A stretch of 64,000 bases of DNA from Planctomycetales bacterium (lineage in GTDB: Bacteria > 4484-113): NCBI GenBank assembly GCA_037441675.1, contig JBBIRS010000002.1, positions 172,633 through 236,632 of the forward strand, read 5' to 3'. Below are positions 9,163 through 19,376 of the stretch, piece after piece. Numbering within the stretch: position 1 is the first letter of the stretch; each line of letters opens with the position of its first letter. Both the position numbers and the translations under genes were made by a program. The notes beneath the pieces were generated by a model. It did no database searches, had not been told where the DNA came from, and saw only the letters and a program-made list of their open reading frames with translations.

Positions 9163-10845
9163 ATGAATGAACTTCTAAAGCTTTATAGGGATATCGCGGA
9201 TTCAAGAATTCTGCAAGACGTTCCTTCTCACCTTTTTTTTAGAGAGCTTAAGATAGCTGAACTCACTCTGAACCTAGCATCCGCACTTGGATTTTCCGCT
9301 ACAAGCCTTAAGCGGATTAGAGACCTGATACCTTTTGTCCCGCTGCTTTTTCTGCCTGAAATGCAATTGGGAAGAAAACTGGGAAGCGCTGTCAAGGAAA
9401 GAGTGTTTGATATGCGACTTGGGAAGAACATTGTTAAGGAGAAGGAGCGAAAATGTTGGGAGGAAATTCTTAATCTTTGCGAGAGCATATATTCCACGAA
9501 GGAGGAACTTCTTCTGCCTTATCCAAGCGTGCAGGTGTTAATAGAGCAGAATTCGGTGAAATTGATAATCCCTGAGGAGGAAATAGCTATTCCTAGCCTG
9601 AAGCCTCCGCTGGCAGAAAGGATAACCGTCCTAAGTACCGGGAAATACTTGGAGAGGTTTACTCCTGACAAGCGCTATCTTCTTCTTTCCCATCACGACC
9701 CTCACGGCTTTGGGATGATGATTTCCACTTATCTTACTCTCAAATCACTTGGGGTGACCGACGTTTCTTTTCTTACGGGCTATCAAGAAACTGGAGATTA
9801 CGGTAAGTTCTGGAAACGAACATTTCCTAGGCTAGTTAGTGAGGGGAAATATGCTGAAATAGTTCTACTAGATTTGACTGTATATGCCCCGCATCCAGAA
9901 CGAACACTTAACGCACTTTCCATCGCGGTAAGAAACGGAGTGGGTGTCACGCTTATTGACCATCATCAGGATACCTCTATTTGTGCCCGAGCTCTTTCTC
10001 AAACGGGAGCAAACGTTGTTCTTACGGATATCCCGAGTTGCTTTCTTGGTGGAAGGATTACGGAAAAGAACCTTCCCTACGTGTTGCTTGGAGCACTTGG
10101 GGACAAAGACGTGACCATTCGCCATCCCTTGGCGTGGAACAAAACTCTCCCGGATATATGCATTGAAACAACTCAAGTCCTGGAAAAATTATCAGATATT
10201 ATGCTGACATTATCACCACCCCCAAAGGAATTCAGGAAGCTCAACCTATTCCCGGCTGAAGAGTTGGTCTCAAAGGCAGAACTTGGCTTTTTGGCATTTT
10301 CTAAAGCCATTGAAGAAATTGTTTCTTGGGGAATCCCCGTTTATAAGAAAGACGTGTGCAGTTTTGATCCCAAAGTTCAAATCCAGGATAATGTTTTTTA
10401 CTCTGCGCATTTAGAAAGCTACCTAATTGGTAAAGTTCTAATCGTCAATCAAGCGCTAAGGACAACTGGAAGGAGATGGTACGACATACTAGAAAACGAA
10501 CTTTTCAAGAATGAAACAGCTCTTTACGCCATTTCTGGTCGCTATTTAACTGGTTTGGGATTTAACTTCCTTTGCGTAAAGAAATGGTCCGTGCTTATCG
10601 CGCCTCCGCCAATTTGCTTTCTTACCCAGAGGTTGCGAAAAGGAGGAAAAGGAGTTATAGGCCATCATAATGCCTTTTGGATAACAGTAAGTGAAGAGCA
10701 CGTGATAAGTGAGCTAAAAAAATTCATATCAAACATTAATCGTTACTTCGGATTATCCTCCCGTGGTGTTGTTCAGACTCTCGTTAATCTGATTAGAAGA
10801 CTTTTGAATGATAAAAAGGCTAGAGACGCAGATTTAGACACTTAA
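9163..10845 (+). CDS. Hypothetical protein with a degenerate DHH/DHHA1 phosphoesterase-like core
   Basis: 560 aa. Motifs resembling DHH-family signatures (LLSHHDPHGFG, VTLIDHHQD, GKGVIGHH), with a roughly 170-aa N-terminal extension of unknown function. Confidence 0.4.
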   Translation: MNELLKLYRDIADSRILQDVPSHLFFRELKIAELTLNLASALGFSATSLKRIRDLIPFVPLLFLPEMQLGRKLGSAVKERVFDMRLGKNIVKEKERKCWEEILNLCESIYSTKEELLLPYPSVQVLIEQNSVKLIIPEEEIAIPSLKPPLAERITVLSTGKYLERFTPDKRYLLLSHHDPHGFGMMISTYLTLKSLGVTDVSFLTGYQETGDYGKFWKRTFPRLVSEGKYAEIVLLDLTVYAPHPERTLNALSIAVRNGVGVTLIDHHQDTSICARALSQTGANVVLTDIPSCFLGGRITEKNLPYVLLGALGDKDVTIRHPLAWNKTLPDICIETTQVLEKLSDIMLTLSPPPKEFRKLNLFPAEELVSKAELGFLAFSKAIEEIVSWGIPVYKKDVCSFDPKVQIQDNVFYSAHLESYLIGKVLIVNQALRTTGRRWYDILENELFKNETALYAISGRYLTGLGFNFLCVKKWSVLIAPPPICFLTQRLRKGGKGVIGHHNAFWITVSEEHVISELKKFISNINRYFGLSSRGVVQTLVNLIRRLLNDKKARDADLDT

Positions 10846-10992
10846 ATCATATAAATCTTCAACCAGATAAATCTAAGAACATCCAAGCAAAGAAGAGTCA
10901 AGCAGATAAACTTTGTATTGAACAGCTTTAAGATTGCCTTAATCTATACTGATATACATTCAATACATTCAAAATAATTTGGAGGTTCAAAG

Positions 10993-12378
10993 ATGAAGCT
11001 AGCAATTGAAACAATCCAAGGAAGTGTCATCTACCCATTCTTGGCATCTTTAGTTCTCTTTGGCGTCGCAAGTTTCGCATCTGCAAGAGAGATAGGAACG
11101 GTCAAGGACGTATCCCTAACCGTTTACAATCAAGACCTGGCGCTTGTTCGTGAGATTCGCGGGTTTGATTTTACTCAGGGATTGAATTTCTTAACGCTTA
11201 CTGGCGTTGCCAGCAGGATTGACCCCACAAGCGTCCATTTCAAGCTACTTTCAGATTACACATTCTCCCTTCTGGAGCAGAATTATGACTATGACCTCGT
11301 TGGAACAAATAAGCTTTTGCAGAAGTACATAGGAAAACGCATCGCACTTGTTGACCCGAAAGATGGCACGCGTAAAGATGTGACGCTACTTTCAGTTTCG
11401 GATGGAATAGTCGTTGACTATGCGGGGAAGATTCTTATCAATCCGCCTGGAAATATTGAGCTTCCTGAACTTACTGAAGGCTTACTTCTAAAGCCAACGC
11501 TGGAATGGCAGGTTCTTACCGAGAAAGCATTCTCTTCAGATGGCGAGCTTTCCTATCTCACGAGCGGTCTCTCGTGGATCGCAGATTACGTAGCTCTTCT
11601 TGAGGATGACGAGAAAACCGCTGAAATGGAGGGTTGGGTTACGCTCACGAATAACTCTGGCGCTACTTACGAGAATGCCAAGCTCAAGCTAATCGCTGGA
11701 GATATTCACCGAGCGCCAGCTCCAAGAGCAGTGGAAATGGCTCAGCTCCGCAAAACTATGGCGGAGGCGGATATGGGTTTCAAGGAGGAGGCTTTCTTTG
11801 AGTATCACCTTTACAACCTTCAGCGCAGAACTACCATCAAGAACGCTCAGACGAAGCAGGTATCGCTACTCACTGCTAGCGGAATACCGATAAACAAAAT
11901 TTACACTTACGACCCTGCCTGGCGAAGCGAGAAGATTGAAGTGCGAGTTGAATTCAAGAACAGCGAAGGCAATCATCTAGGAATGCCACTACCCGCGGGA
12001 CGAGTGCGGGTTTTTAAGCGCGATAGCGAAGGCATACCTCAACTCGTAGGCGAGGATTCCATTGACCACACTCCGAAGGATGAGATGGTGCGCCTCCTTC
12101 TTGGGTATGCCTTTGACGTGAAGGGTGAGAAGAAACAGGTTAGTTACACCGACAAACAGAAGGGTTATACCGCAAGTTATGAAGTCTCCCTACGAAATCA
12201 CAAGAAGGAAGCGGTTACGATACTAGTGTTGGAGCATCTGCCATATGCAAACTGGAAGGTGGTTGAGGCAAGCCACGATTATAAAAAGCTTGATGCGCGG
12301 ACGATTGAATTTACAGTTAAGGTACCCGCGGATGGTGAGGTGAAACTTAGCTATACAATTGACGCTTGGTGGGAGTAA
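10993..12378 (+). CDS. Secreted DUF4139/DUF4140-type (MuiA-like) protein
   Basis: 461 aa with an N-terminal signal peptide and a GGAGG RBS. Overall length and composition fit the DUF4140-DUF4139 family; the assignment is tentative. Confidence 0.4.
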   Translation: MKLAIETIQGSVIYPFLASLVLFGVASFASAREIGTVKDVSLTVYNQDLALVREIRGFDFTQGLNFLTLTGVASRIDPTSVHFKLLSDYTFSLLEQNYDYDLVGTNKLLQKYIGKRIALVDPKDGTRKDVTLLSVSDGIVVDYAGKILINPPGNIELPELTEGLLLKPTLEWQVLTEKAFSSDGELSYLTSGLSWIADYVALLEDDEKTAEMEGWVTLTNNSGATYENAKLKLIAGDIHRAPAPRAVEMAQLRKTMAEADMGFKEEAFFEYHLYNLQRRTTIKNAQTKQVSLLTASGIPINKIYTYDPAWRSEKIEVRVEFKNSEGNHLGMPLPAGRVRVFKRDSEGIPQLVGEDSIDHTPKDEMVRLLLGYAFDVKGEKKQVSYTDKQKGYTASYEVSLRNHKKEAVTILVLEHLPYANWKVVEASHDYKKLDARTIEFTVKVPADGEVKLSYTIDAWWE

Positions 12379-12460
12379 TCTTTCGGTGCAGTCGGTGCAT
12401 ATCATTCTGAAGGCATCACACTGAAGAGGTGCTTGCTTGCAATTGCGAGATTTCCTAAAA

Positions 12461-12560
12461 TTCTGGAACACGCCCGTCTCGGGCGTGTCCTCACCCACCC
12501 TGTAGGGCGGGGACGCACCCTGCCGAATACGGCGTCATATGAGTTGATGCCCTAGAGAGA
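12461..12560. repeat. Copy A of a dispersed GC-rich short repeat (hairpin CACGCCCGTCTCGGGCGTG plus core CCCTGTAGGGCGGGG...GCCGAATACGGCGTCATATGAGTTGATGCCC)
   Basis: The same motifs recur at about 25.2, 30.6-30.8, 44.3 and 62.2-62.4 kb, always intergenic and more GC-rich than the surrounding sequence. Confidence 0.45.
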
Positions 12561-12660
12561 AATTCTGTCGCAATTCAGAATGGTGCCCCGCGGTGGCGGG
12601 CAAGCCACTAGATGACAATTCTTCCGCCCGTGTAGATTTGCCTGTCCCAAAAAACAAAAA

Positions 12661-12779
<119 letters not shown>

Positions 12780-12784
12780 ATAGT

Positions 12785-12814
12785 ATTATATATTCCTTCG
12801 AGTTTGGAAGTCAA
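12785..12814 (-). promoter_or_regulatory. Sigma70-type promoter for the 5S rRNA gene (TTGACT-N18-TATAAT)
   Basis: On the minus strand, TTGACT (12809-12814) is separated by 18 nt from TATAAT (12785-12790), about 7 nt before the 5S 5' end. Confidence 0.5.
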
Positions 12815-13027
12815 GAGCGTTGGGAACGATGATTTAACGTTCCTTGCAAAACGCTCTGCATTTAGTTAACTTAGTTGATTGTTAAGCATTGTTTAGTAGT
12901 TTGACGCGGGTATTGGTAAAATTCGGAGAATAATTTATACTATGAACTTGCATGATGATACTCAGTCGCAAATTTCTTTTAGCGGGTACTATACTATATA
13001 AAATTAGATAGGGACGGGAAAAAGATT

Positions 13028-14452
13028 ATGAAGGAAGGATTTTTAATAACGCTTCAAAAAGAAGGGAAGATGAGGCTCTCACCACGCATATATCATCATC
13101 CGCACTTAAAACTAGAAACCGAATCTGTCCAGCAGTTGAAAAATGCTTCTATGCTTCCCGGGGTTATCGATGTTTTTGCAACACCGGACATTCACGTCGG
13201 TTACGGTGTTCCAATAGGATGCGTTATTGCAGCGACGGATATAGTATGCCCTGCGGCGGTTGGTTATGATGTTAACTGCGGAATGAGACTCTTGAAAACT
13301 CCTCTGCTGGCTAAGGACGTGGACGCTAAGCGAATTGCCAATGAAATTGCTAAGAAAATTCCTCTTGGCGAAGGCAAAGAAAACTTCCAATTGAGCAAAG
13401 AACAGTTCAAGAGGTTAATCGCTGAGGGGGTTCCGGGGCTCGCGGAAATACAAATTCCCGCGCTAAAAAATGCCCTCAAGAATGATGTAAGTTTGGTGGA
13501 CGAGCTTGATCACATTGAGGACAGTGGAAGCCTGCCTGCTGACCCCGATAAGGCGAGCGACACCGCAATTGAACGCGGAAGAAAACAGATTGCCACCCTT
13601 GGAGGAGGCAATCATTTTATTGAGCTACAGATTGTGGAGAGAATAATTGACGAGACGACCGCTAAGCATTTTGGGCTTTTCAAGGACCAATCTGTAATTA
13701 TGATTCACAGCGGAAGTAGAGGACTTGGACATCAAATTGGTGATGATTATATGAGGCTTGGCAGAAATATGGCTGAAAAGGACGGAAGATTTCTGCCCAA
13801 TAGAGAACTGCCTTATTTTTTCCTTCACGAAAAACCAGCAAAGGATTATCTAGACGCAATGAACGCGGCGGCGAATTTTGCCTTCATCAATCGCCATTTG
13901 ATGGGCGTTCTAGTTAAGGATGCGTTTCTCACGCTCTATCCGGGCATTAAGATAACTACTCTTTACGACCTGGCACACAATATTGCAAAGTTTGAGGAAC
14001 ACAAGGGAAGAAGGGTTTTGGTTCATAGAAAAGGTGCAGCAAGAGCCTTTTCCGCTAAGAGGATGAAAGGAACTCCATTTGCGTGTGTTGGTCAACCTGT
14101 CCTGGTGCCTGGCAGTATGGGAAGCGCAAGTTATGTTATGGTTGGAACTGAAGCTAATGAGGATACCTATGCCACCATAAACCACGGGGCAGGAAGGCAA
14201 ATGTCCAGGGTTGCTGCCTCGGGCAGAACTAGACGTGGAAAAGAGTTAAAAGGCAGAGAATCTCTCATCTCTGACGAGGAATTTTGGGAATCAATGAAGG
14301 GAATCCATTTGATAGCTGAAAATATTAAGACTGCAAAGGAAGAAGCGCCGCAGGCTTACAAGGACATCGACCTTATAACTGAAGCAATTCTTGAGGCGGG
14401 ATTGGCGAAGGCGGTTGCTAGGCTAAAGCCTCTAGCGGTCCTTAAGGGTTAG
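13028..14452 (+). CDS. rtcB: RNA-splicing ligase RtcB (3'-phosphate/5'-hydroxyl RNA ligase)
   Basis: 474 aa. RtcB signatures are present (PDIHVGYGVPIGCV, VGYDVNCGMRL, GGGNHFIELQ, HSGSRGLGHQ, NHGAGR). An alternative ATG at 13064 is possible. Confidence 0.85.
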   Translation: MKEGFLITLQKEGKMRLSPRIYHHPHLKLETESVQQLKNASMLPGVIDVFATPDIHVGYGVPIGCVIAATDIVCPAAVGYDVNCGMRLLKTPLLAKDVDAKRIANEIAKKIPLGEGKENFQLSKEQFKRLIAEGVPGLAEIQIPALKNALKNDVSLVDELDHIEDSGSLPADPDKASDTAIERGRKQIATLGGGNHFIELQIVERIIDETTAKHFGLFKDQSVIMIHSGSRGLGHQIGDDYMRLGRNMAEKDGRFLPNRELPYFFLHEKPAKDYLDAMNAAANFAFINRHLMGVLVKDAFLTLYPGIKITTLYDLAHNIAKFEEHKGRRVLVHRKGAARAFSAKRMKGTPFACVGQPVLVPGSMGSASYVMVGTEANEDTYATINHGAGRQMSRVAASGRTRRGKELKGRESLISDEEFWESMKGIHLIAENIKTAKEEAPQAYKDIDLITEAILEAGLAKAVARLKPLAVLKG

Positions 14453-14615
14453 CTTTACTCTAAAGTTTTAGCCTAAGTATTTTTACACGCACTTTTACAG
14501 CTATTAGCAAATTTTATAACTGTCAGAGGAATCTTTAAGATTGCTGTTTCTCTCTCTGAGCCGTAATTCATTTCAGAGGTATAATTTCTGGGGAACGTTT
14601 TGAAGGGAGTAAAAA

Positions 14616-17240
14616 ATGTTTAATTGGAATCATACGTTCAAATTATTGATAATTTCTCTCTTTCTTCTAATAATAATTTCCTGTAGTAGCAAAGATGCTT
14701 CTTTTGAGCATAAGATAAGTGGTGAGGCGAAAGGCATTGCCAATGAAGTATCTTTATCTCAGATACTTAACGAAATTGAGCAGGAGCACGTGCCACCAAA
14801 TGTTGATGCAGGAATCGTAGGTGACTTGAAGAGGGAACTAATCAAGGAGCTAACAGTTCTAGGCAAGAACAGGTTCGTTCTTAAGCCGGTGGACAACCCT
14901 AAGAGCGCTGTTTCAGATTTAAGGCTATTCATTGAGCTTGATGGTAGAGCACACTTTGAATGGACTTACGCGAATCTGGGCGACTACAACCAGGACGGCG
15001 CAGTTGATATCAGAGATGTCTCGCCTCTTGCGTCTCACTTTAGGGAAAAAGTATCGGACAGCCCAACACCAGAGCTGACCGCCTGGATTGATGGTGATGA
15101 TAATGGCGAGGTAAATATTTCCGACGTTGGGATAATTGCTAAGAACTTTTTTGCAGAAGTATCATCTTACGTTCTTGAAGGAAGCGAGTTTGAAGATAGA
15201 GGTTTCCAGCCCATTGAAGGTTTAGAAATTTCTCTAAACGATGCTACGGTTGAACCCGGGGCTGTTAAGCGGTTTAGTTTGGAAGTCCCGTCTCTGGACT
15301 TTGGCTATTATCGCGTTGTGCCGCAGGATAGCCTGGGAAGAGATGGACTTCCAAGTAATGTAGTCCCATCTATCGCTGAAGCTCCTCTTATTGAAAGTGT
15401 ATCACCATTAGGCGGATTGACTGGAGAACTTGTCACATTTTCCGCTGTGGTCACCGGGACAGAACCAATCATTTATAATTGGGATTTTGGAGGAGGGGCG
15501 GAGCCGAATACTTCTGAGGAAGCCAATCCAACTGTTACCTTGAGCGCGCCCGGCACTTATGATACCGCACAACTAACTGTGAGAAACATTGCTGGTGAAG
15601 ACACATTTAATTTTACAATTATCGTCGGTGATTTGGGCGGGCCACCCGTCATCCAACAAATTATCGTTCCAAGTGGACAAGTTGGTGACTCGGTTCAATT
15701 TAGCGCAGTAGTTGCTTCCGACCCGCCGATTATTTCCTACACTTGGACATTTAGTGGCGGAGTTGATGTAACTTCCTCCTCTGAAGCTTCTCCCACGGTG
15801 ACATTCACTGAGGCAGGCAATTTTTCTGGAAATCTACTCGTTGACAACGGTAAAGGTACAGACACTAGGGATTTTAACTTCACGGTTAATGAATCGCCTC
15901 CACCACCTTCTGGACCGGATGTGGTTTCAGTTTCGCCATTGCAAGGATTTGAGCTTACCAAGTTGCTGTTTACCGCGGAGGTCACTTCCAGTGGAACCCT
16001 TACTTACGATTGGGATTTTGGTGACCTAGGATACCCGCAAAATTCAACTGAGCCATCCCCAACCGTATTACTAGGTACATCGGGACCCCACCAATGCAGT
16101 TTAACGGTTACCGATGAGTACGGTAGCGATTCTCTTGACTTTACTGTAACTGTTGATCGTGCTAACTGGACGATAGTTAATATCGCTAGAGGAGGACCGT
16201 ACCTTGACTTGGAAATCGTTAATGGCAGACCAGCGGTAGCTTTTCAACTACTTGAAGGTGGTATGTCAGATCAAAAATCATACGCCGCCTATGCCATTAG
16301 CTCAACGCCTGATGGAACTGGCACATGGACAATGGGAAAGATAGACACACAAAATATTTCTGGTTCATACATTTCACTAGCGGTTGCAGATAGTAGACCT
16401 GCGGTTTCCTATCAAGCGTCCACGGAAACATTTTCAGGTTTAAGATACGCTATTAGTCCAACTAGCGATGGACTGGGCGGAAGCTGGACAATAAGCACGG
16501 TTGTTTCTGGTTCATCCGTTGGATATTACAATTCCTTAGCGGTTGTAGATGGCAGACCTCGCATCGGCTATTACGACATGTCGAATACGCTGATTATGTT
16601 TGCAAGTAACGATCAAGTTGATGGACTTGGAACTTGGTCATTCTTCACAATCCAGGACACCTCAGGCGCGGATATATGCTTAGCGGAGATATCCGGCAGA
16701 CCCGCTATGACCTATCTTCGTAGGACATCTCCCCCAATTAGGAACCTGCTTCAATACGCGATAGCAGATAGTTCGGTAGGTGATAGATGGTCTTTGAGAA
16801 GAACCATTGACAACGGAGGTGGAGTTAATGATGTTGGCGCTACATCTTTTCTCACCACTATTTTTGATAAACCCGCGGTTAGCTACTTTGACATGACTAA
16901 TAGAGACCTGCTATTTGCAATTTCCGATGATAGAGTAGGCTCAGGAACATGGAGTATCTCCACTGTTCACAGCCAAGGAGATGTAGGTGGAAACTCCTCG
17001 TTAGCATCTGTAAACGGTTATCCAATGATTAGCTATACCAATATTAGTGGGAACAACTCTTTATGGCTAGCTATGTGCTCTGAACCTGATGGAAGTGGTG
17101 GATGGGCATATGCCCCCGTGGATACCCGACAAGATTCTGCTGGTGGAAATACAGTGATAGTTGATATAGGTGGCAGGCCGGGTATCGCATACAGCCCCAC
17201 CGGCGACGGACAGGTTAGATTCGCTTTAAGGGATTATTGA
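14616..17240 (+). CDS. Surface lipoprotein: dockerin-like Ca-loop module + Fn3-like domain + 4 PKD domains + C-terminal ~45-aa beta-propeller-like tandem repeats
   Basis: Lipobox (LLIIISCSS). Dockerin type-I-like duplicated loop (DYNQDGAVDIRDV...DGDDNGEVNISDV). Four PKD units (YNWDFGGGAEPNTSEE...; YTWTFSGG...; YDWDFGDLG...). At least seven repeats of the form TWxxxxIxxxGxxGxYxSLAVxDGRPxIxY. Confidence 0.7.
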   Translation: MFNWNHTFKLLIISLFLLIIISCSSKDASFEHKISGEAKGIANEVSLSQILNEIEQEHVPPNVDAGIVGDLKRELIKELTVLGKNRFVLKPVDNPKSAVSDLRLFIELDGRAHFEWTYANLGDYNQDGAVDIRDVSPLASHFREKVSDSPTPELTAWIDGDDNGEVNISDVGIIAKNFFAEVSSYVLEGSEFEDRGFQPIEGLEISLNDATVEPGAVKRFSLEVPSLDFGYYRVVPQDSLGRDGLPSNVVPSIAEAPLIESVSPLGGLTGELVTFSAVVTGTEPIIYNWDFGGGAEPNTSEEANPTVTLSAPGTYDTAQLTVRNIAGEDTFNFTIIVGDLGGPPVIQQIIVPSGQVGDSVQFSAVVASDPPIISYTWTFSGGVDVTSSSEASPTVTFTEAGNFSGNLLVDNGKGTDTRDFNFTVNESPPPPSGPDVVSVSPLQGFELTKLLFTAEVTSSGTLTYDWDFGDLGYPQNSTEPSPTVLLGTSGPHQCSLTVTDEYGSDSLDFTVTVDRANWTIVNIARGGPYLDLEIVNGRPAVAFQLLEGGMSDQKSYAAYAISSTPDGTGTWTMGKIDTQNISGSYISLAVADSRPAVSYQASTETFSGLRYAISPTSDGLGGSWTISTVVSGSSVGYYNSLAVVDGRPRIGYYDMSNTLIMFASNDQVDGLGTWSFFTIQDTSGADICLAEISGRPAMTYLRRTSPPIRNLLQYAIADSSVGDRWSLRRTIDNGGGVNDVGATSFLTTIFDKPAVSYFDMTNRDLLFAISDDRVGSGTWSISTVHSQGDVGGNSSLASVNGYPMISYTNISGNNSLWLAMCSEPDGSGGWAYAPVDTRQDSAGGNTVIVDIGGRPGIAYSPTGDGQVRFALRDY

Positions 17241-17422
17241 GATTTAATTTTTTGATTCTCCGCTACACTTCGCGAGAAGCTTCTGCTAGGCATTTTTGCT
17301 TGGTCATTAAAAATATTCGTTTTAATTTATGTTACACTTTTCACTAGATGAATAACTCCTTAAGCACTAAACTTAAATAAGAGCTTTGACGTATCTTGTA
17401 AAATTATACTTTAGTAAAAAAT

Positions 17423-18352
17423 ATGCCTACACTGAATCTAAGCAAAGAGGAATTAATTGAAAGGAGTCGCCTAATAAGGCACGACATACTTATTAGCGTA
17501 AATGCCGCCCAAAGTGGACATCCTGGTGGACCACTTTCTGCTGCCGATTACCATACTGCCCTCTGGATGAACTATCTAAACGTGGATCCCAAGAACCCAT
17601 ACTGGGAGGAAAGGGACAGATATCTCCTTAGCAACGGTCATTGCTCCGCGCTCAACTTTGCTCTTATGGCACATAGGGGATTCTTCTCTCGCGGTTATCT
17701 CTTGACTTTTCGGTCACTGAATTCACGTCTTCAAGGACATCCCAGCAGTGTTAAGCTTCCTGGAATAGAGGTTGGAACTGGTTCTCTTGGGCAAGGGCTC
17801 TCTGTGGCTCACGGAATGGCTCTTGGAGCAAGGATGCGCGGAAGACCCGATATTTTGTCATTTTGTAACTGCGGTGACGGTGAATTGCAAGAGGGAAACA
17901 TCTGGGAGGCAGTGATGCATGCAGGCCATCGGCAGACTGACAATCTAATTCTCAGCGTGGATTGGAATAACGCACAGATAGACGGTTATGTGGAGAATGT
18001 CAAAGGAGTTGAACCGCTTGTGGATAAATTTGAGGCTTTCCGATGGAGAGTTTTAGTTGCGGATGGCCATAATATGGATGAAATAATAAACGCTTGGGAG
18101 TGGGCAATTGATGGTACCCCAAGGTGTGGAAAGGGTTGTGGAAAGCCTTCCGTTATACTCTTCAAGACGGTTATGATGAAAGGATGCCCATCCTTTGAGA
18201 ATATTCCCGGCTGGCACGGTAGACCACCAAAGGATGATGAGCTAATGATTATGCTATCTGAGCTTGGCTTCAAATATACAAACGTCGAAGAAGCTAGAGT
18301 TTCCCTTGGAGAACCAATATACGATGGTTATGGAGCGGAAAATGGGCATTAA
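17423..18352 (+). CDS. Transketolase, N-terminal (TPP-binding) subunit
   Basis: The sequence GHPGGPLSAADYHTALWMNYLNVDP...LSNGHCSALNFALMA...GSLGQGLSVAHGMALG is typical of the split transketolase N-terminal section. It is 309 aa. Confidence 0.85.
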   Translation: MPTLNLSKEELIERSRLIRHDILISVNAAQSGHPGGPLSAADYHTALWMNYLNVDPKNPYWEERDRYLLSNGHCSALNFALMAHRGFFSRGYLLTFRSLNSRLQGHPSSVKLPGIEVGTGSLGQGLSVAHGMALGARMRGRPDILSFCNCGDGELQEGNIWEAVMHAGHRQTDNLILSVDWNNAQIDGYVENVKGVEPLVDKFEAFRWRVLVADGHNMDEIINAWEWAIDGTPRCGKGCGKPSVILFKTVMMKGCPSFENIPGWHGRPPKDDELMIMLSELGFKYTNVEEARVSLGEPIYDGYGAENGH

Positions 18353-19343
18353 GACTGGAACTAAAGTAAGATACAAAAACGGAATTCTACCTAGTAGCGA
18401 GTGGAAACTGGAGTTAACCAGAAAAGCCTACGGCGAAATGTTAGTAGAATTAGGGGAGAAAAACCCAAACATTATTGTTTTAGACGCTGACCTAGCAGAA
18501 TCCACCTACACCAAATTCTTTAGAGAAAAATTCCCAGATAGATTTATTGAATGCGGGATTTCGGAGCAAGATATGATGAACACCGCTGCAGGGCTTTCCA
18601 CCTGGGGCTTTATTCCTTTCCTGTCAAGTTACGCAATATTTTTGACCGGCAGAGCTTGGGATCAGATGCGCAATACTATAGATTACTCCAACCTCAACGT
18701 TAAGATTGCGGCTGCGCATGGTGGTATTTCGGTTGGAAAGGACGGTTGCTCACATCAGGGTATGGAAGACCTTGGAAATACGCTCAGTTTAGTAAATATG
18801 ACAGTGGTAGTGCCGGCTGATTATTGGGAAACTCGGAAAGTTATGGAATGGATTCCAACTCACAAGGGTCCGTTGTATATGCGATTAGGGAGGGAAAAAG
18901 TGCCGATGGTTACCACCGAAGAAACTCCCTTCCTTCCCAAGAAAGCAATTGAGGTAGTGGAGGGAAGTGATGGGACGTTTATCAGTTTTGGGATGATGAT
19001 GAGCAGAGCGGTTCAGGCTGCAGAGCTGTTAGCTGAAGAGGGTATTTACTCTAGAGTACTTAATATGCCAATGATTAAGCCCATTGATGAGGAAGCTATA
19101 CTAGAGGCGGCACGAACCACAGGCGCAATAGTCACCATTGAAGAGCATTCCATTTACGGTGGCTTGGGCTCAATCGTGGCACGGATACTAATCCAGAGTA
19201 AATACCGCGTCCCCACTAGAATAATTGGAATACCGGATATATACCTAAGAAGTGGAGATCCGGAGGAATTACTCCAAATCGCGGGATTAACCGCTCAAAA
19301 TGCTGCTAATAAAATGAAAGAGGCATTGAGAGAAGCAGGCTAG
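18342..19343 (+). CDS. Transketolase, C-terminal (pyrimidine-binding) subunit
   Basis: The sequence AYGEMLVELGEKNPNIIVLDADLAESTYT...ECGISEQDMMNTAAGLS identifies the transketolase C-terminal section. An ATG at 18342 with a GGAGCGGAAA RBS is preferred over the ORF-track start at 18264; it overlaps the N-terminal subunit gene by 11 nt. Confidence 0.85.
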   Translation: MGIKTGTKVRYKNGILPSSEWKLELTRKAYGEMLVELGEKNPNIIVLDADLAESTYTKFFREKFPDRFIECGISEQDMMNTAAGLSTWGFIPFLSSYAIFLTGRAWDQMRNTIDYSNLNVKIAAAHGGISVGKDGCSHQGMEDLGNTLSLVNMTVVVPADYWETRKVMEWIPTHKGPLYMRLGREKVPMVTTEETPFLPKKAIEVVEGSDGTFISFGMMMSRAVQAAELLAEEGIYSRVLNMPMIKPIDEEAILEAARTTGAIVTIEEHSIYGGLGSIVARILIQSKYRVPTRIIGIPDIYLRSGDPEELLQIAGLTAQNAANKMKEALREAG

Positions 19344-19376
19344 CAACTTCGTTGTCAATGGGCTTATAATCATAAC

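Noticed and set aside
12440-12495. Hairpin CACGCCCGTCTCGGGCGTG as a rho-independent terminator for the 10993-12378 gene
   Set aside because: It lies about 95 nt past the stop codon and is not followed by a U-tract. The same hairpin recurs in the dispersed repeat copies, so it is better explained as part of that element, although a terminator-like role for the family remains possible.
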